From positions 1-50,077 of the forward strand of contig QYQH01000004.1 of the NCBI GenBank assembly GCA_007280395.1: a DNA stretch of 50,077 nucleotides, written 5' to 3'. The position numbers and the translations under genes are program-made. Of the stretch, positions 29,880 through 40,794 are shown piece after piece (the stretch's first letter is position 1; every line of letters begins with the position of its first letter). Origin of the DNA: Actinomycetales bacterium (GTDB taxonomy: Bacteria > Actinomycetota > Actinomycetes > Nanopelagicales > Nanopelagicaceae). Below the pieces are notes generated by a model that saw only the letters and a program-made list of their open reading frames with translations, was not told where the DNA came from and did not search any database.

Positions 29880-30310
29880 TTGAATTCAATTTCTAAGACG
29901 GCTCGCTTTATATCTTCAAAAGATACTTTTTCAGTGCCAACAAGAACTGTAGCTTCAGTTGATTCACCGATTCGACCTTCAATAACAGCGCCACTTACCA
30001 TTGTGATTTTTACCAGTCGATCAAGGTTCTTGCGCCAGTGGCGGGGTTTTGTAAGGGGCCGATCTAGGCCAGGTGAAGTTACTTCAAGAGTAAAAGCACC
30101 ATCCCCCAGAACTGGCAGCGCCTCGATAACTTCGGAAATCTGTTTTGTTACAACGGTTACTTGATCTAAATTTAAATGGGTATCGCTATCAACAATTACC
30201 GTGAGAATTTTAACTTTTCCAGCAGTCGTAATTGTGAGCTCTTCTAGGTAATTTCCAGTTGCTTCAATTATTGGCCGGATAGCGGCGCTTACTTCTTCGT
30301 TTAATGGCAT
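29876..30310 (-). CDS. rimP: Ribosome maturation factor RimP
   Basis: FTLEVTSPGLDRPL...HW; upstream of nusA. Confidence 0.95.
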   Translation of the reverse strand: MPLNEEVSAAIRPIIEATGNYLEELTITTAGKVKILTVIVDSDTHLNLDQVTVVTKQISEVIEALPVLGDGAFTLEVTSPGLDRPLTKPRHWRKNLDRLVKITMVSGAVIEGRIGESTEATVLVGTEKVSFEDIKRAVLEIEFK

Positions 30311-30337
30311 CTCGCCTAGCCTTTCCAGTATTAAGTT

Positions 30338-31105
30338 TTAATTAGCGAGCCAATCATAACCCACTTTCGCAATCAGAATTGTCGTCACTACTAAGAATAC
30401 TTTTCGTACCAGTGGCGAACCACCACGTATTGCCAATCTTGACCCGAAGATAGCGCCACAAACATTTGCGAGGGCGAGGGCGAGCCCCAGCTTCCACCAG
30501 ATATGACCAGTTAATTGAAAGGAGATAATCGCACCGAAGTTTGTCGCAATGTTTACCAATTTTGCGGTGGCAGATGCTTTTAGAAATGCATAACCGACTA
30601 AACCAACCAACAAGAAGACTAAAAAGGTTCCGGTTCCAGGCCCAAAGATTCCGTCATAGAAACCAATGGTTAAACCAAGGCCAATAACTATCTGGTGGCG
30701 CCTGCGATCTGTAAATCGCAAGCTTTCAGTTATTCCAAGTTGCGGCTTGCGCCAGGTATAGATTGCAACGCTAATAAGCAAGAAAATTATTAACGGTCTA
30801 AATACTGAAGTCGGGAAAGTACTTGCAAGCCTGGCGCCCAAGGCCGAACCAACAAAAGCCGGAAGAGCCATATATGAAGTCAGCTTTAAATCAGGTTTAA
30901 CACTTCTAAAATAATTTGCTGCGGCTGATGAAGTTCCAAAGATAGAAATTACTTTATTTGTGCCAAGAATTAGCGGGATTGGCTTTTCGGATAGGCCGAT
31001 CAAAAGCGCTGGGAGTTGAATTAGCCCACCACCACCAGCCTTTGCATCAACAAAACCAGCAAAGCCTGCTGCGATTACTAGAAAGATTGCGGTTTCAATA
31101 CTCAT
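30338..31105 (-). CDS. TSUP/TauE-SafE family membrane transporter
   Basis: AGFVDAKAGGGGLI, LGTNK, GFYDGIFGPGTGTF. Confidence 0.9.
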   Translation of the reverse strand: MSIETAIFLVIAAGFAGFVDAKAGGGGLIQLPALLIGLSEKPIPLILGTNKVISIFGTSSAAANYFRSVKPDLKLTSYMALPAFVGSALGARLASTFPTSVFRPLIIFLLISVAIYTWRKPQLGITESLRFTDRRRHQIVIGLGLTIGFYDGIFGPGTGTFLVFLLVGLVGYAFLKASATAKLVNIATNFGAIISFQLTGHIWWKLGLALALANVCGAIFGSRLAIRGGSPLVRKVFLVVTTILIAKVGYDWLAN

Positions 31106-31119
31106 GTGGCCCCAACTAA

Positions 31120-32850
31120 TTAAGAATTCAATACCTTTGTAGTTATCTCAGTGACGGCCTTTAAAAGTTCAATCTCAGTTTTTTCACCAGTACTGCGTAC
31201 TCGGAATTCAACTTTACCCTCGGCAAGAGCTTTGCCAACGATTACAATAAATGGGATTCCGATTAGCTCGGCATCTTTGAATTTAACACCGGCACTTGCT
31301 TCGCGGCGATCATCAAACATCACGCGCAAGCCTTTCTCCTCCAAATCTTCTGCCAAGGTAAGTGCGGCTTTAAATACTTCATCCTCCTTGCCGGTTGCAA
31401 CAATATGAATATCTGCAGGAGCAATTTCACGTGGCCAATTAAGCCCGATCTCATCATGAGTCTGCTCTGCAATCGCAGCAACTGCGCGCGATACTCCAAT
31501 TCCATAAGAACCCATCGTCACAACTTGAGATTTTCCATTCTGATCTAAAACAGTTAAATCAAGAGCCTGGGCATATTTGCGGCCTAGTTGGAAGATGTGG
31601 CCAATTTCAATCGCTCGATCAATTACAACCGGAGTTTCACACTTTGGACACAAATCACCTGCGCGAACTTCAGCTGCTTCTAAATATTTTTCAACTTCAA
31701 AGTCGCGGCCATTGGTTAGGAAACGAACGTGTGTGTTCTTCTTATTTGCACCAGTAATCCAATGTGAACCAGGAACGATTCTTGGATCTGCGTAAACCGT
31801 AACACCTAGTTTCTTTGCATCTTGTGGTCCAACATATCCCTTGACAAGTGCTGGGAACTTTGCGAAATCTCCATCTTCAAAGAGTCGAAGTTCTTGAACT
31901 CCTGGCAAATTTGCCTGCAGACGTTTTAAATCAACTTCGCGGTCTCCGGGAACCAAAACAGAAATTGCTTTATCATCGGCCATCAGTAGCACATTCTTTA
32001 AAGTATCTGATGCTTGATGTCCGATACCAAATTTCGAATTTAATAAATCTACAAGTGAGTCAATCGTTGGAGTATTTGGTGAATCGAATTCATCCATTGC
32101 TGCAGGTACAGAGCCAGAATATGGCGCAACTTTTGTGACCATCGCTTCAACATTTGCGGCATAACCACATTTGTTACAGAGCACATAAGTGTCTTCACCG
32201 GTTTCACATGGTGCTAAGAATTCTTCAGAACCAGAACCACCCATAGCGCCAGATACTGCTGAAACTATGTTGTATTTGAGGCCAAGTCGATTAAAGGTTT
32301 TTATATAAGCTTCGCGATGTTTATTGTAAGAAGCGATTAAGCCAGCATCATCGATATCAAATGAGTATGAATCCTTCATAACAAATTCACGTCCACGAAT
32401 GATTCCGCTGCGTGGTCTAGTCTCATCACGGAATTTAGTTTGAATTTGGTAGATCGAAAGTGGTAAATCTTTGTAAGAAGAGTATTCACCCTTAACCATC
32501 AAGGTAAACATCTCTTCATGCGTTGGTCCTAGTAAATAATCATTTCCGCGACGATCTTGCAATCTAAATAAATCTGGTCCGTACTCTTCCCAACGATTCG
32601 TCTTCTCATATGGTTCGCGTGGCAAGAGCGCTGGAAAGTGAACTTCCTGAAACCCTGCGGCATCCATCTCTTCGCGGATTATGCGCTCGATATTTCGATA
32701 TGTGATGTAACCAAGTGGCAACCAGGAATAAACACCAGATGCGATTCGGCGAACGTATCCCGCGCGAACTAATAGGCGGTGGCTGGCTACCTCGGCATCT
32801 GCTGGATCATCACGAAGGGTGCGCAGCAGCAAGGTAGACATTTTTAACAT
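31120..32850 (-). CDS. proS: Proline--tRNA ligase (bacterial type with INS editing domain)
   Basis: [48 protein letters not shown]. Confidence 0.98.
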   Translation of the reverse strand: MLKMSTLLLRTLRDDPADAEVASHRLLVRAGYVRRIASGVYSWLPLGYITYRNIERIIREEMDAAGFQEVHFPALLPREPYEKTNRWEEYGPDLFRLQDRRGNDYLLGPTHEEMFTLMVKGEYSSYKDLPLSIYQIQTKFRDETRPRSGIIRGREFVMKDSYSFDIDDAGLIASYNKHREAYIKTFNRLGLKYNIVSAVSGAMGGSGSEEFLAPCETGEDTYVLCNKCGYAANVEAMVTKVAPYSGSVPAAMDEFDSPNTPTIDSLVDLLNSKFGIGHQASDTLKNVLLMADDKAISVLVPGDREVDLKRLQANLPGVQELRLFEDGDFAKFPALVKGYVGPQDAKKLGVTVYADPRIVPGSHWITGANKKNTHVRFLTNGRDFEVEKYLEAAEVRAGDLCPKCETPVVIDRAIEIGHIFQLGRKYAQALDLTVLDQNGKSQVVTMGSYGIGVSRAVAAIAEQTHDEIGLNWPREIAPADIHIVATGKEDEVFKAALTLAEDLEEKGLRVMFDDRREASAGVKFKDAELIGIPFIVIVGKALAEGKVEFRVRSTGEKTEIELLKAVTEITTKVLNS

Positions 32851-32868
32851 GGGCTTACCTTACCGAAT

Positions 32869-34020
32869 TTATTTAGCAGTTACGGTTGGCGTTCCGCTTT
32901 CAACGCCAGCAGCTTCCATTTCATCGGCTAATCGCATAGCTTCCTCGATAAGAGTTTCAACAATTTGGCTCTCTGGAACAGTCTTTATTACTTGACCCTT
33001 AACAAATATCTGGCCCTTGCCATTTCCTGATGCAACCCCAAGATCTGCCTCGCGCGCTTCACCAGGCCCATTTACTACGCAACCCATTACTGCAACGCGA
33101 AGTGGAACTGTCATTCCTTGCAATCCAGCTTGTACTTTCTCTGCCAAGGTATAAACATCAACTTGGGCGCGGCCACATGATGGACAAGAAACAATCTCTA
33201 ATTTACGTTGGCGAAGATTAAGTGATTCGAGAATTGAAATTCCAACTTTTACCTCTTCAACCGGTGGCGCAGAGAGTGAAACGCGAATTGTGTCGCCAAT
33301 TCCTTCTGACAGGAGAATTCCAAATGCAGTTGCAGATTTAATTGTTCCTTGAAAGATTGGACCAGCCTCTGTTACACCAAGATGAAGTGGATAATCACAT
33401 TTGCTGGCAAGTAATCGATAAGCCTGAACCATTGTTACTGGGTCGTGGTGTTTAACTGAAATTTTAATATCGCTAAAGCCATGCTCTTCAAAAAGTGATG
33501 CCTCCCAGAGCGCAGATTCGACAAGCGCTTCTGGAGTTGCTTTGCCATATTTTGCTAGAAGTCTTGGATCGAGAGAGCCAGCATTAACACCAATACGAAT
33601 TGGAACTCCTGCGTCACCCGCAGCTTTTGCAACTTCTTTAACCTTGTCATCAAATTGTTTGATATTTCCGGGGTTAACGCGGACTGCTGCGCAACCTGCA
33701 TCAATTGCGGCAAAGATATATTTTGGTTGGAAATGGATATCTGCGATTACCGGAATTTGTGACTTCTTAGCTATCTGGGCAAGTGCATCAGCATCATCTT
33801 GACTCGGTACCGCTACGCGAACTATTTGGCAACCAGATGCAGTGAGTTCAGCAATCTGTTGCAGGGTGGCATTTACATCTGAGGTAAGTGTCGTGCACAT
33901 TGATTGGACACTTACTGGGGCATCTCCACCGACTAGAACTTTTCCAACTTTAAGTTTCTTACTTTTGCGGCGAGGCGCCAGAGTAGGTGGTGGCGCGGTT
34001 GGCATTCCGAGGTTTACCAT
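32869..34020 (-). CDS. ispG: (E)-4-hydroxy-3-methylbut-2-enyl-diphosphate synthase
   Basis: [30 protein letters not shown]. Confidence 0.98.
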   Translation of the reverse strand: MVNLGMPTAPPPTLAPRRKSKKLKVGKVLVGGDAPVSVQSMCTTLTSDVNATLQQIAELTASGCQIVRVAVPSQDDADALAQIAKKSQIPVIADIHFQPKYIFAAIDAGCAAVRVNPGNIKQFDDKVKEVAKAAGDAGVPIRIGVNAGSLDPRLLAKYGKATPEALVESALWEASLFEEHGFSDIKISVKHHDPVTMVQAYRLLASKCDYPLHLGVTEAGPIFQGTIKSATAFGILLSEGIGDTIRVSLSAPPVEEVKVGISILESLNLRQRKLEIVSCPSCGRAQVDVYTLAEKVQAGLQGMTVPLRVAVMGCVVNGPGEAREADLGVASGNGKGQIFVKGQVIKTVPESQIVETLIEEAMRLADEMEAAGVESGTPTVTAK

Positions 34021-34034
34021 GGTTGCATCCTAGA

Positions 34035-35252
34035 TTATTGGTAGAGATTTATTGGATTGAAAATATCTGCAGCAAGTAGGAGAAGTGAGAGAACTGCCAA
34101 TATTGCAAAAACTGCGAGCGTCAGGGGCACTAGCCTCTCGACATCGATTGGTGCTGGCGGACTTTCTTTCCGCTGTTTGGCTCGTAATCGTCGTACGCCA
34201 TCAACAATCGCAACTGCCATGTGGCCACCATCAAGCGGTAGGAGTGGAAGCAGGTTAAATACACCAACAAAGATATTTAGACTGGCGATAATAATTAAGA
34301 AGGAAGCAATCTTCTCTCGAGATTGTAATTTTGGATCACTTGCTGTTTGTGCACTAACTCTGGCAACTCCGACAACTCCGACCAAGCCCTGGGCATCGCG
34401 CTTTTCGCTGCCAAAAGTCTGACGTACTAGCGCCGGAATCTTAGTAGGAAGAGAGATCAGCGATGTAACACTGTTACTTAGAAGATCTTTCGTTAAGCGG
34501 GCGCTATTTGCAATCGCCTTAAATGAACCATCTTTACGCGTCCCAAGTTTATTAATTACTCCAAGGTAGCCAATCTTTTTACCATCTAAAGTTCGGGCTG
34601 CGGGAGTAATAGGAATTAAGAGCCGCTCGCCATTTCGCATTACAGTGAGCGTTATCTCCCTATTTGCTGAAGCACGAATAGTTGTAGTGTAATCAGACCA
34701 ATTATCAAATTCTTTACCGTTTATAGCGACAACCTGATCATTTGCTAGTAAGCCAGAAATCTTCGCTGGTGAAGGAGCAGATGTTGCCGAACATTTAGTA
34801 TCAGTAACTCCGCTCGAAGTATTTAGAACACAAGGAACAACTTCGCTGATGGTATTAGTGACTGTGGTAACGCCAACGCCTGCGAGAAGAATGAAAAGAA
34901 TTAGAAAACCAAGAACAAAGTGCAGGAAAGAACCAGCTCCGAGAACGATTAAGCGTTTTGGAACAGAGGCTAAGTAAAAGGCGCGATGCTTTACATCTTC
35001 AGGTAACTCTTCATTTACTGACATGCCAGAGATTCGGCAGTATCCACCAGCGGGAATTGCTTTGATTCCAAACTCAGTTTCGCCTCGTTGAAATGACCAG
35101 ATCCTTCTGCCAAAACCGAGAAAGAATTCGGTAACTCGCATCGAGAATTTCTTAGCCGTTAAATAATGCCCAGCTTCATGGACCATAACTGAGAAGAGAA
35201 GTGCAACTACAAAGGCTAAAACTCCGAGAATACCTAAACCTGGAAAATTCAC
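34035..35252 (-). CDS. rip1: M50 site-2 intramembrane zinc protease (Rip1/RseP) with PDZ domain
   Basis: HEAGH, NLLPLLPLDGG; dxr-rip1-ispG synteny. Confidence 0.9.
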   Translation of the reverse strand: MNFPGLGILGVLAFVVALLFSVMVHEAGHYLTAKKFSMRVTEFFLGFGRRIWSFQRGETEFGIKAIPAGGYCRISGMSVNEELPEDVKHRAFYLASVPKRLIVLGAGSFLHFVLGFLILFILLAGVGVTTVTNTISEVVPCVLNTSSGVTDTKCSATSAPSPAKISGLLANDQVVAINGKEFDNWSDYTTTIRASANREITLTVMRNGERLLIPITPAARTLDGKKIGYLGVINKLGTRKDGSFKAIANSARLTKDLLSNSVTSLISLPTKIPALVRQTFGSEKRDAQGLVGVVGVARVSAQTASDPKLQSREKIASFLIIIASLNIFVGVFNLLPLLPLDGGHMAVAIVDGVRRLRAKQRKESPPAPIDVERLVPLTLAVFAILAVLSLLLLAADIFNPINLYQ

Positions 35253-36397
35253 TTGCGCTCCTGAACTAATTGGGCTGATATAACTCTTGAATCATTCTCG
35301 ATAGCACTGACATCAGCGAGCGATCTTATTGTTACCGGTGAATTTCCGCCTAACTTCTGAACTGTTGCATCAACTACATCAACGATTTGAGCAAATGAGA
35401 TCGCGCCATTTAGAAATCCTTCTACCGCAACTTCATTGGCCGCATTAAAGATTGCTGGAAGTCCCCCACCGAGTTCACCGCATCTGCGAGCTAAATCTAC
35501 GGCTGGAAACTTTGTGTTATCAATTGGTGCAAAATCCCAAGAGTGGCTTAGATTCCAATTGATAGGAGGCGTCGCTTTAGGAATTCGGTTGGCACCAGAA
35601 ATTGCATATGCAATTGGGCCCTTCATATTTGGCGGACTAGCCTGTGCGATGGTTGAACCATCTACAAATTCCACCATTGAATGAACAATAGATTGTGGAT
35701 GAATTACTGCACTGATTTTGGAATATGGAAGATCAAAGAGGTAGTGCGCTTCAATAATTTCTAAACCTTTATTCATTAACGTAGCAGAGTTAATTGTTAC
35801 GACCGGACCCATCGACCAAGTTGGATGGTTTAGCGCTTCGGCGACTGTGATATCTGATAGGTCGCTACGATCCCTAAATGGTCCACCACTCGCAGTCAAA
35901 ATAACTTGCTTTACTTCCGAAGCCTTACCGCTTAAGAAACATTGGTACAAAGCAGAGTGTTCGGAGTCAACTGGAATAATTCGATCTCGCCCGAAAGCCA
36001 TTACCAAATCGCCACCTGCTACAAGTGATTCCTTATTTGCGAGCGCAACTTTATTTCCCACCGAAAGTGCCGCAAGTGTTGGTCCAAGTCCGATTGATCC
36101 AGAAATTCCATTTAGTACAACGCCACAAGTCATCGCTGCAATTTCCGATGCTGCAGTTGGGCCATCGATTACTTGGGTCTTGCCCAGTTTTGAAATTAAA
36201 ACCTCTCGATTTCCCGTAGTTGCTACTACCGGTACCGAAAACTTATTTGCCTGTTCTGCTAAAAGTTCAAGGTTTTTAGAGCCTGCCGAAAGACCAATTA
36301 CTCGGAACTTATCTGGGTTAGCCTCAACTATTTCTAGCGCTTGGGTTCCAATTGATCCCGTTGAACCAAGGATGACTAAATCGATAGGAGCGGACAC
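35249..36397 (-). CDS. dxr: 1-deoxy-D-xylulose-5-phosphate reductoisomerase
   Basis: LGSTGSIG, LANKES, PVDSEH, NKGLE..EAH. Confidence 0.98.
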   Translation of the reverse strand: MSAPIDLVILGSTGSIGTQALEIVEANPDKFRVIGLSAGSKNLELLAEQANKFSVPVVATTGNREVLISKLGKTQVIDGPTAASEIAAMTCGVVLNGISGSIGLGPTLAALSVGNKVALANKESLVAGGDLVMAFGRDRIIPVDSEHSALYQCFLSGKASEVKQVILTASGGPFRDRSDLSDITVAEALNHPTWSMGPVVTINSATLMNKGLEIIEAHYLFDLPYSKISAVIHPQSIVHSMVEFVDGSTIAQASPPNMKGPIAYAISGANRIPKATPPINWNLSHSWDFAPIDNTKFPAVDLARRCGELGGGLPAIFNAANEVAVEGFLNGAISFAQIVDVVDATVQKLGGNSPVTIRSLADVSAIENDSRVISAQLVQERK

Positions 36398-36515
36398 TCC
36401 CCCATTCTAAGTAGTAATAGGCAGAAAATTTGCTTCAGATCGACTGCGTCCATGACTGGTCCAAATTCCCAGCAAATTATCAAAGGAGGAAATGAAGCTT
36501 TTTCCAGCCGCTAAC

Positions 36516-37940
36516 TTAAGAGTCGAAGCCAAGCCCTAGTACATCCAAGAGTTTAAGCCACAAGTTTCGCTTGCCTTGATTCATATCTGATTTATTAATT
36601 GACCATTGCGTTAATCGAATAAAGATAAATTTAAATGGTTCTGGTGGGAATGGCAGCGGCTTCTTTCTAACCATGCGCAATCTGGTCCGCTCATTATCTT
36701 CACTATCTAAGAGATCCAACATGACTTGAGCACCGAAGCGAGATGCTCCAACACCAAGTCCGGTATATCCCATTACATATACGACTCTTCCGCGATGGGC
36801 TTGGCCCCAGAATTGGGTGAAGCGCGAGCAAGTATCAATTGCACCGCCCCAACCGTGAGTGAATTTAATTCCCTGTAGCTGTGGGAAAGTTTCCAAAAAT
36901 GCTTGTGCCAGGTGTGCGTAAGTTTCAGCACTGCTCTCATATTCGTGGCGAACTTTTCCACGGAAGTTATAGATAGCGTCATATCCGCCCCACAAAATCT
37001 CATTATCTTTAGTTAGGCGGTAATAGTGGAATTGATTTCCAGCCTCTGAAAGTCCTTCGCGATTCTTCCAACCAATTGATTCCATCTGGGCTGGTGTAAG
37101 TGGCTCTGTAACTAATTGAAAATCGTAGACTGGAACAACATATTTCTTAGCGCTCCTGATCAGTGAGCGATAAACATTTGTTGCGAGTGCAACTTTCTGC
37201 GCGAATACTTTTCCATATGGAGTGTGAACAGTAATTCCTGTACTTGTGCGTTCTAGTCGTAGCGCGCTGGTGTTTTCATAAATTTGTACTCCACTGGCAA
37301 TACAAGCTTGTTCAAGGCCCCAAACTAAACGTGCTGGATCGACAAGTGCAGTTCCATCTGGATCCCAAAGTCCACCAACAGATAGCGGAGAATTAACACG
37401 AGCTTGCATTTCTTTTCTACTTAAAACTTCAACGCTATCGCCAAATGAATTACGGAGATTAGCTTCCTCAATTATTCCTTCCATCTGCCACTCTTCATTA
37501 GCAACACTGATCTCACCCGTCAATTCAAAACCACAATCAATCTTGTACTTCTTAATTGTTGCTTCAATACCTTCAAGATTTTCGCGACCCAACCGTTCGA
37601 TGATTGCCATCTCATCTTTGAAGCGGTTGTAACCATTCATAAATCCATGAGTTAAGGAGTAGCTGCAGAATCCACCATTACGACCGGATGCACCAGCACC
37701 AGTTTCGAGTTGTTCAATAATTATTACCTTGCGCTCTGGGCTCTTCTCTTTGGCTAATAGCGCGGTCCAAAGTCCGGTATATCCGGCGCCCACAATGCAT
37801 AATTCAGTTGTTGTTTCACCAATAAGTGTTGGATGAGCTTCAGGTTCTAATGGGTCAGCATCGAGCCAATACAACTGAGGTTGCATATGCGAGAGATGTT
37901 TTAAATAGGAGGAGTCGTTGTTAGCAATCAAGTTAGCCAT
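36516..37940 (-). CDS. FAD-dependent oxidoreductase (DadA/PuuB-like), probable amine/polyamine oxidase
   Basis: IVGAGYTGL, GASGRNGG, GYTGLGV; follows the pot operon. Confidence 0.8.
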   Translation of the reverse strand: MANLIANNDSSYLKHLSHMQPQLYWLDADPLEPEAHPTLIGETTTELCIVGAGYTGLWTALLAKEKSPERKVIIIEQLETGAGASGRNGGFCSYSLTHGFMNGYNRFKDEMAIIERLGRENLEGIEATIKKYKIDCGFELTGEISVANEEWQMEGIIEEANLRNSFGDSVEVLSRKEMQARVNSPLSVGGLWDPDGTALVDPARLVWGLEQACIASGVQIYENTSALRLERTSTGITVHTPYGKVFAQKVALATNVYRSLIRSAKKYVVPVYDFQLVTEPLTPAQMESIGWKNREGLSEAGNQFHYYRLTKDNEILWGGYDAIYNFRGKVRHEYESSAETYAHLAQAFLETFPQLQGIKFTHGWGGAIDTCSRFTQFWGQAHRGRVVYVMGYTGLGVGASRFGAQVMLDLLDSEDNERTRLRMVRKKPLPFPPEPFKFIFIRLTQWSINKSDMNQGKRNLWLKLLDVLGLGFDS

Positions 37941-37964
37941 CGCGTAATCCGGCCGAAACCGGGA

Positions 37965-38798
37965 TCACATCTTCCGGCGGTTTACTAGTTGCCCCACGAT
38001 AACAATTGTTAGGGCTAAGAAGAACATTGCAGAGCCAATTACATTTGCCTGTGCTGGAATTCCCCGAGCTGCAGATACGTAAATAAATTTAGGAAATGTC
38101 GTCAAAGTTCCAGAGTTGAAGTTTGTGATGATGAAATCATCAAAGGAGAGGCTAAATGCCAGAAGGGCGGCACCTGCAATGCCTGGTGCTACTAAAGGCA
38201 AGGTAACTCTTCTAAATGTTTCAAACTCATTTGCATAGAGATCCATCGCTGCCTGTTCAAGTCTGGGATCTAGGCTTGCGATACGCGCCTTAACCGTAAC
38301 AACAACAAAAGAGATACAGAAAACAATATGTGCAATAACTGTTGGCCAGAAGCCAGGATTAATTTTAAATACTAAAAATAGTGAGAGCAGAGAAGCACCT
38401 AAAACAATTTCTGGAGTTGCCATTGGCAAGAAGATCAGAAGATTGGATGCTGAGCGACCTTTAAAATTATGGCGCCCGATAGCAAATGCAATCATGGTTC
38501 CCAGAATTGTTGAGAAGAACGTTGCAAGGAAGCCAATCTTTATTGAGTTGCCAAGAGCGCTGCAAACTTCGGGCGCACCACATGGATTCTGCCAGTTCTT
38601 GAAGGTAAAGGCCTGCCAAATTAGATTGCTCTTGCCAGCATCATTAAATGAGAAGGCGAAGGTATATGCAACTGGAATAAATAGGTAGGTAAAGGCAAAG
38701 ATTGCATAGATGCGAATTAAGTTCCGGCCAATCCATCTTTGAATGCGTGCACCGGTAGGAATTGTTGGAATCGTTGCATCTTTAACTTTTTGGCTCAT
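37965..38798 (-). CDS. potC: Spermidine/putrescine ABC permease PotC
   Basis: LEQAAMDLYA EAA loop, FSLSFDDF. Confidence 0.88.
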   Translation of the reverse strand: MSQKVKDATIPTIPTGARIQRWIGRNLIRIYAIFAFTYLFIPVAYTFAFSFNDAGKSNLIWQAFTFKNWQNPCGAPEVCSALGNSIKIGFLATFFSTILGTMIAFAIGRHNFKGRSASNLLIFLPMATPEIVLGASLLSLFLVFKINPGFWPTVIAHIVFCISFVVVTVKARIASLDPRLEQAAMDLYANEFETFRRVTLPLVAPGIAGAALLAFSLSFDDFIITNFNSGTLTTFPKFIYVSAARGIPAQANVIGSAMFFLALTIVIVGQLVNRRKM

Positions 38799-39643
38799 AC
38801 CAACTCCTCCGTTCCAGCTTTTCGTATGTAGAGCGTTACTAGAATCAGAATTGCCGCCATCAAAGTAAATGAGAGTGCTGCGGCAGTCGGGTAATCAACA
38901 ATCTTGAAGAATCTAGATTCAATTACGTTACCGATCATCTTTGTAGTTGGATCACCGAGAATTGAAGCATTTACATAGTCACCAGCTGCTGGGATAAATG
39001 TCAGCAGCGTTCCGGCGACAACACCAGGCATAGAGAGTGGAAGAGTGACCCGTCTAAATGTGGTGAAGCCATTGGCATAAAGATCCCCAGATGCTTCAAG
39101 GGTTCTTGGATCAATACGATCAATCGATGCAAAGAGTGGCAGTGTCATAAATGGCAGGAAGTTATATGTCATACCCATTACAACGGCGAATGAGGTCGAG
39201 GTAAGAGTTGTGCTCTGACTGATAATTCCAAGTGAACGAAGAGTAGGAATAACGAAACCCTCTTCACCTAAGATCTGCTTCCAAGCAATTGTTCTAAGTA
39301 AGAAAGATGTGAAGAAAGGTGCAACTACAAGCACCAACAATAAGTTCTTATATTTTCCAGCTTTGAAGGCAATCGCATAAGCCAATGGGTATGCAATTGC
39401 CAGCGCTAGAAGGGTAGAAATTGTTGCAAAGAGAAACGAGCGACCAAATTGCTCTCTATTTGAGACAAAGGCATCAATATAATTTCGAAAGTGAAGAGTC
39501 TGCTCGTATTGCCCAGTATCTCCCCCAGCAATCTTTGTTTGCGTAGAAGTTTGGGCTAAGTTAATAATCGGCAGAATAAAGAAAGTGAATAGAAAACCAA
39601 ATCCAGGAAGTAAAAGTAAATAAGGAGTGCGATTCTTACCCAT
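38795..39643 (-). CDS. potB: Spermidine/putrescine ABC permease PotB
   Basis: PFFTSFLLR, YNFLPFMTLPL, LEASGDLYA. Confidence 0.88.
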   Translation of the reverse strand: MGKNRTPYLLLLPGFGFLFTFFILPIINLAQTSTQTKIAGGDTGQYEQTLHFRNYIDAFVSNREQFGRSFLFATISTLLALAIAYPLAYAIAFKAGKYKNLLLVLVVAPFFTSFLLRTIAWKQILGEEGFVIPTLRSLGIISQSTTLTSTSFAVVMGMTYNFLPFMTLPLFASIDRIDPRTLEASGDLYANGFTTFRRVTLPLSMPGVVAGTLLTFIPAAGDYVNASILGDPTTKMIGNVIESRFFKIVDYPTAAALSFTLMAAILILVTLYIRKAGTEELV

Positions 39644-39645
39644 TT

Positions 39646-40794
39646 TTACTCTTCGTCAAGAACTTCTGGTTCGACTTCTGATCCCGCGGTTGCATCTTCA
39701 TCGCCTCGAAGTGCAAAGGTAAATGTTGGCTCCCATGAAATATTTACAGCATCGCCCTTTTTAAATGGTGCCACGCCATCATCATTCTGTTCGAAGACCA
39801 TGAGTTCTTGGCCCCATGGCATCTCGACCTGGTATTGGGTTGAAACACCGATATAGGAAACATCTTCAATATGGCCACCAGTTAGAACATTTCCGCGAGT
39901 TTGGGTATTTAACAGTGAGATACGGAATTTTTCGGGACGGATGCCGGCATATGTTGAGTTATCAATCGCATGCGATCTGCTCTTTGGTAGCGCAATCTTC
40001 TGGCCATAAAGATCAACTATAAGTGAGTCGCCATCATTTCCTGAGATGGTTCCTTTAATCAAGTTTGATTGGCCAAGGAAGTTTGCGACATATGCAGTTT
40101 CAGGATTGTCATATAGATCTGCTGGAGAACCCATCTGTTCGATATGACCCTCATTCATAACGGCGATAGTGTCCGCCATTGTCATGGCCTCTTCCTGGTC
40201 GTGAGTTACGTGCACGAAAGTTAGGCCGACCTCTTTCTGAATCCACTTAAGTTCTATCTGCATCTGGCGACGAAGTTTCAAATCAAGTGCACCCAGAGGT
40301 TCATCTAGTAGAAGTAACGCTGGACGGTTCACGATTGCGCGGGCTAAGGCGATGCGTTGTTGTTGTCCGCCAGAAAGTTGGGTTGGTTTACGCTCTGCCA
40401 GATGCGGTAGTTCAACAAGGTTTAGAACTTTATCAACAGCTTCTTTAACGCCTTTCTGACCGCGGCGACGAAGTCCAAATGCAATATTTTCAAAGATTGT
40501 TAAATGTGGAAATAGCGCATAGTTCTGGAAGACAGTATTAATTGGTCGTTGGTATGGCTTAGTTGTTGTGATATCAGTTTCACCAAGATGAATGCTTCCT
40601 GCAGTTGGTTCTTCCAGGCCAGCAATCATTCGAAGTGTAGTTGTCTTTCCACAACCTGATGGCCCAAGCAGAGCAAAGAACGAACCTTTAGGAATAGTAA
40701 GAGTTAGATCATCAACTGCGGTGAAATCACCATAAGTCTTGGTGAGTCTTGTTAGCCGAAGATCGCCTCGCGCTTCTATTGAGGCTTTTGTCAC
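39646..40794 (-). CDS. potA: Spermidine/putrescine ABC ATP-binding protein PotA
   Basis: [34 protein letters not shown] domain. Confidence 0.92.
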   Translation of the reverse strand: MTKASIEARGDLRLTRLTKTYGDFTAVDDLTLTIPKGSFFALLGPSGCGKTTTLRMIAGLEEPTAGSIHLGETDITTTKPYQRPINTVFQNYALFPHLTIFENIAFGLRRRGQKGVKEAVDKVLNLVELPHLAERKPTQLSGGQQQRIALARAIVNRPALLLLDEPLGALDLKLRRQMQIELKWIQKEVGLTFVHVTHDQEEAMTMADTIAVMNEGHIEQMGSPADLYDNPETAYVANFLGQSNLIKGTISGNDGDSLIVDLYGQKIALPKSRSHAIDNSTYAGIRPEKFRISLLNTQTRGNVLTGGHIEDVSYIGVSTQYQVEMPWGQELMVFEQNDDGVAPFKKGDAVNISWEPTFTFALRGDEDATAGSEVEPEVLDEE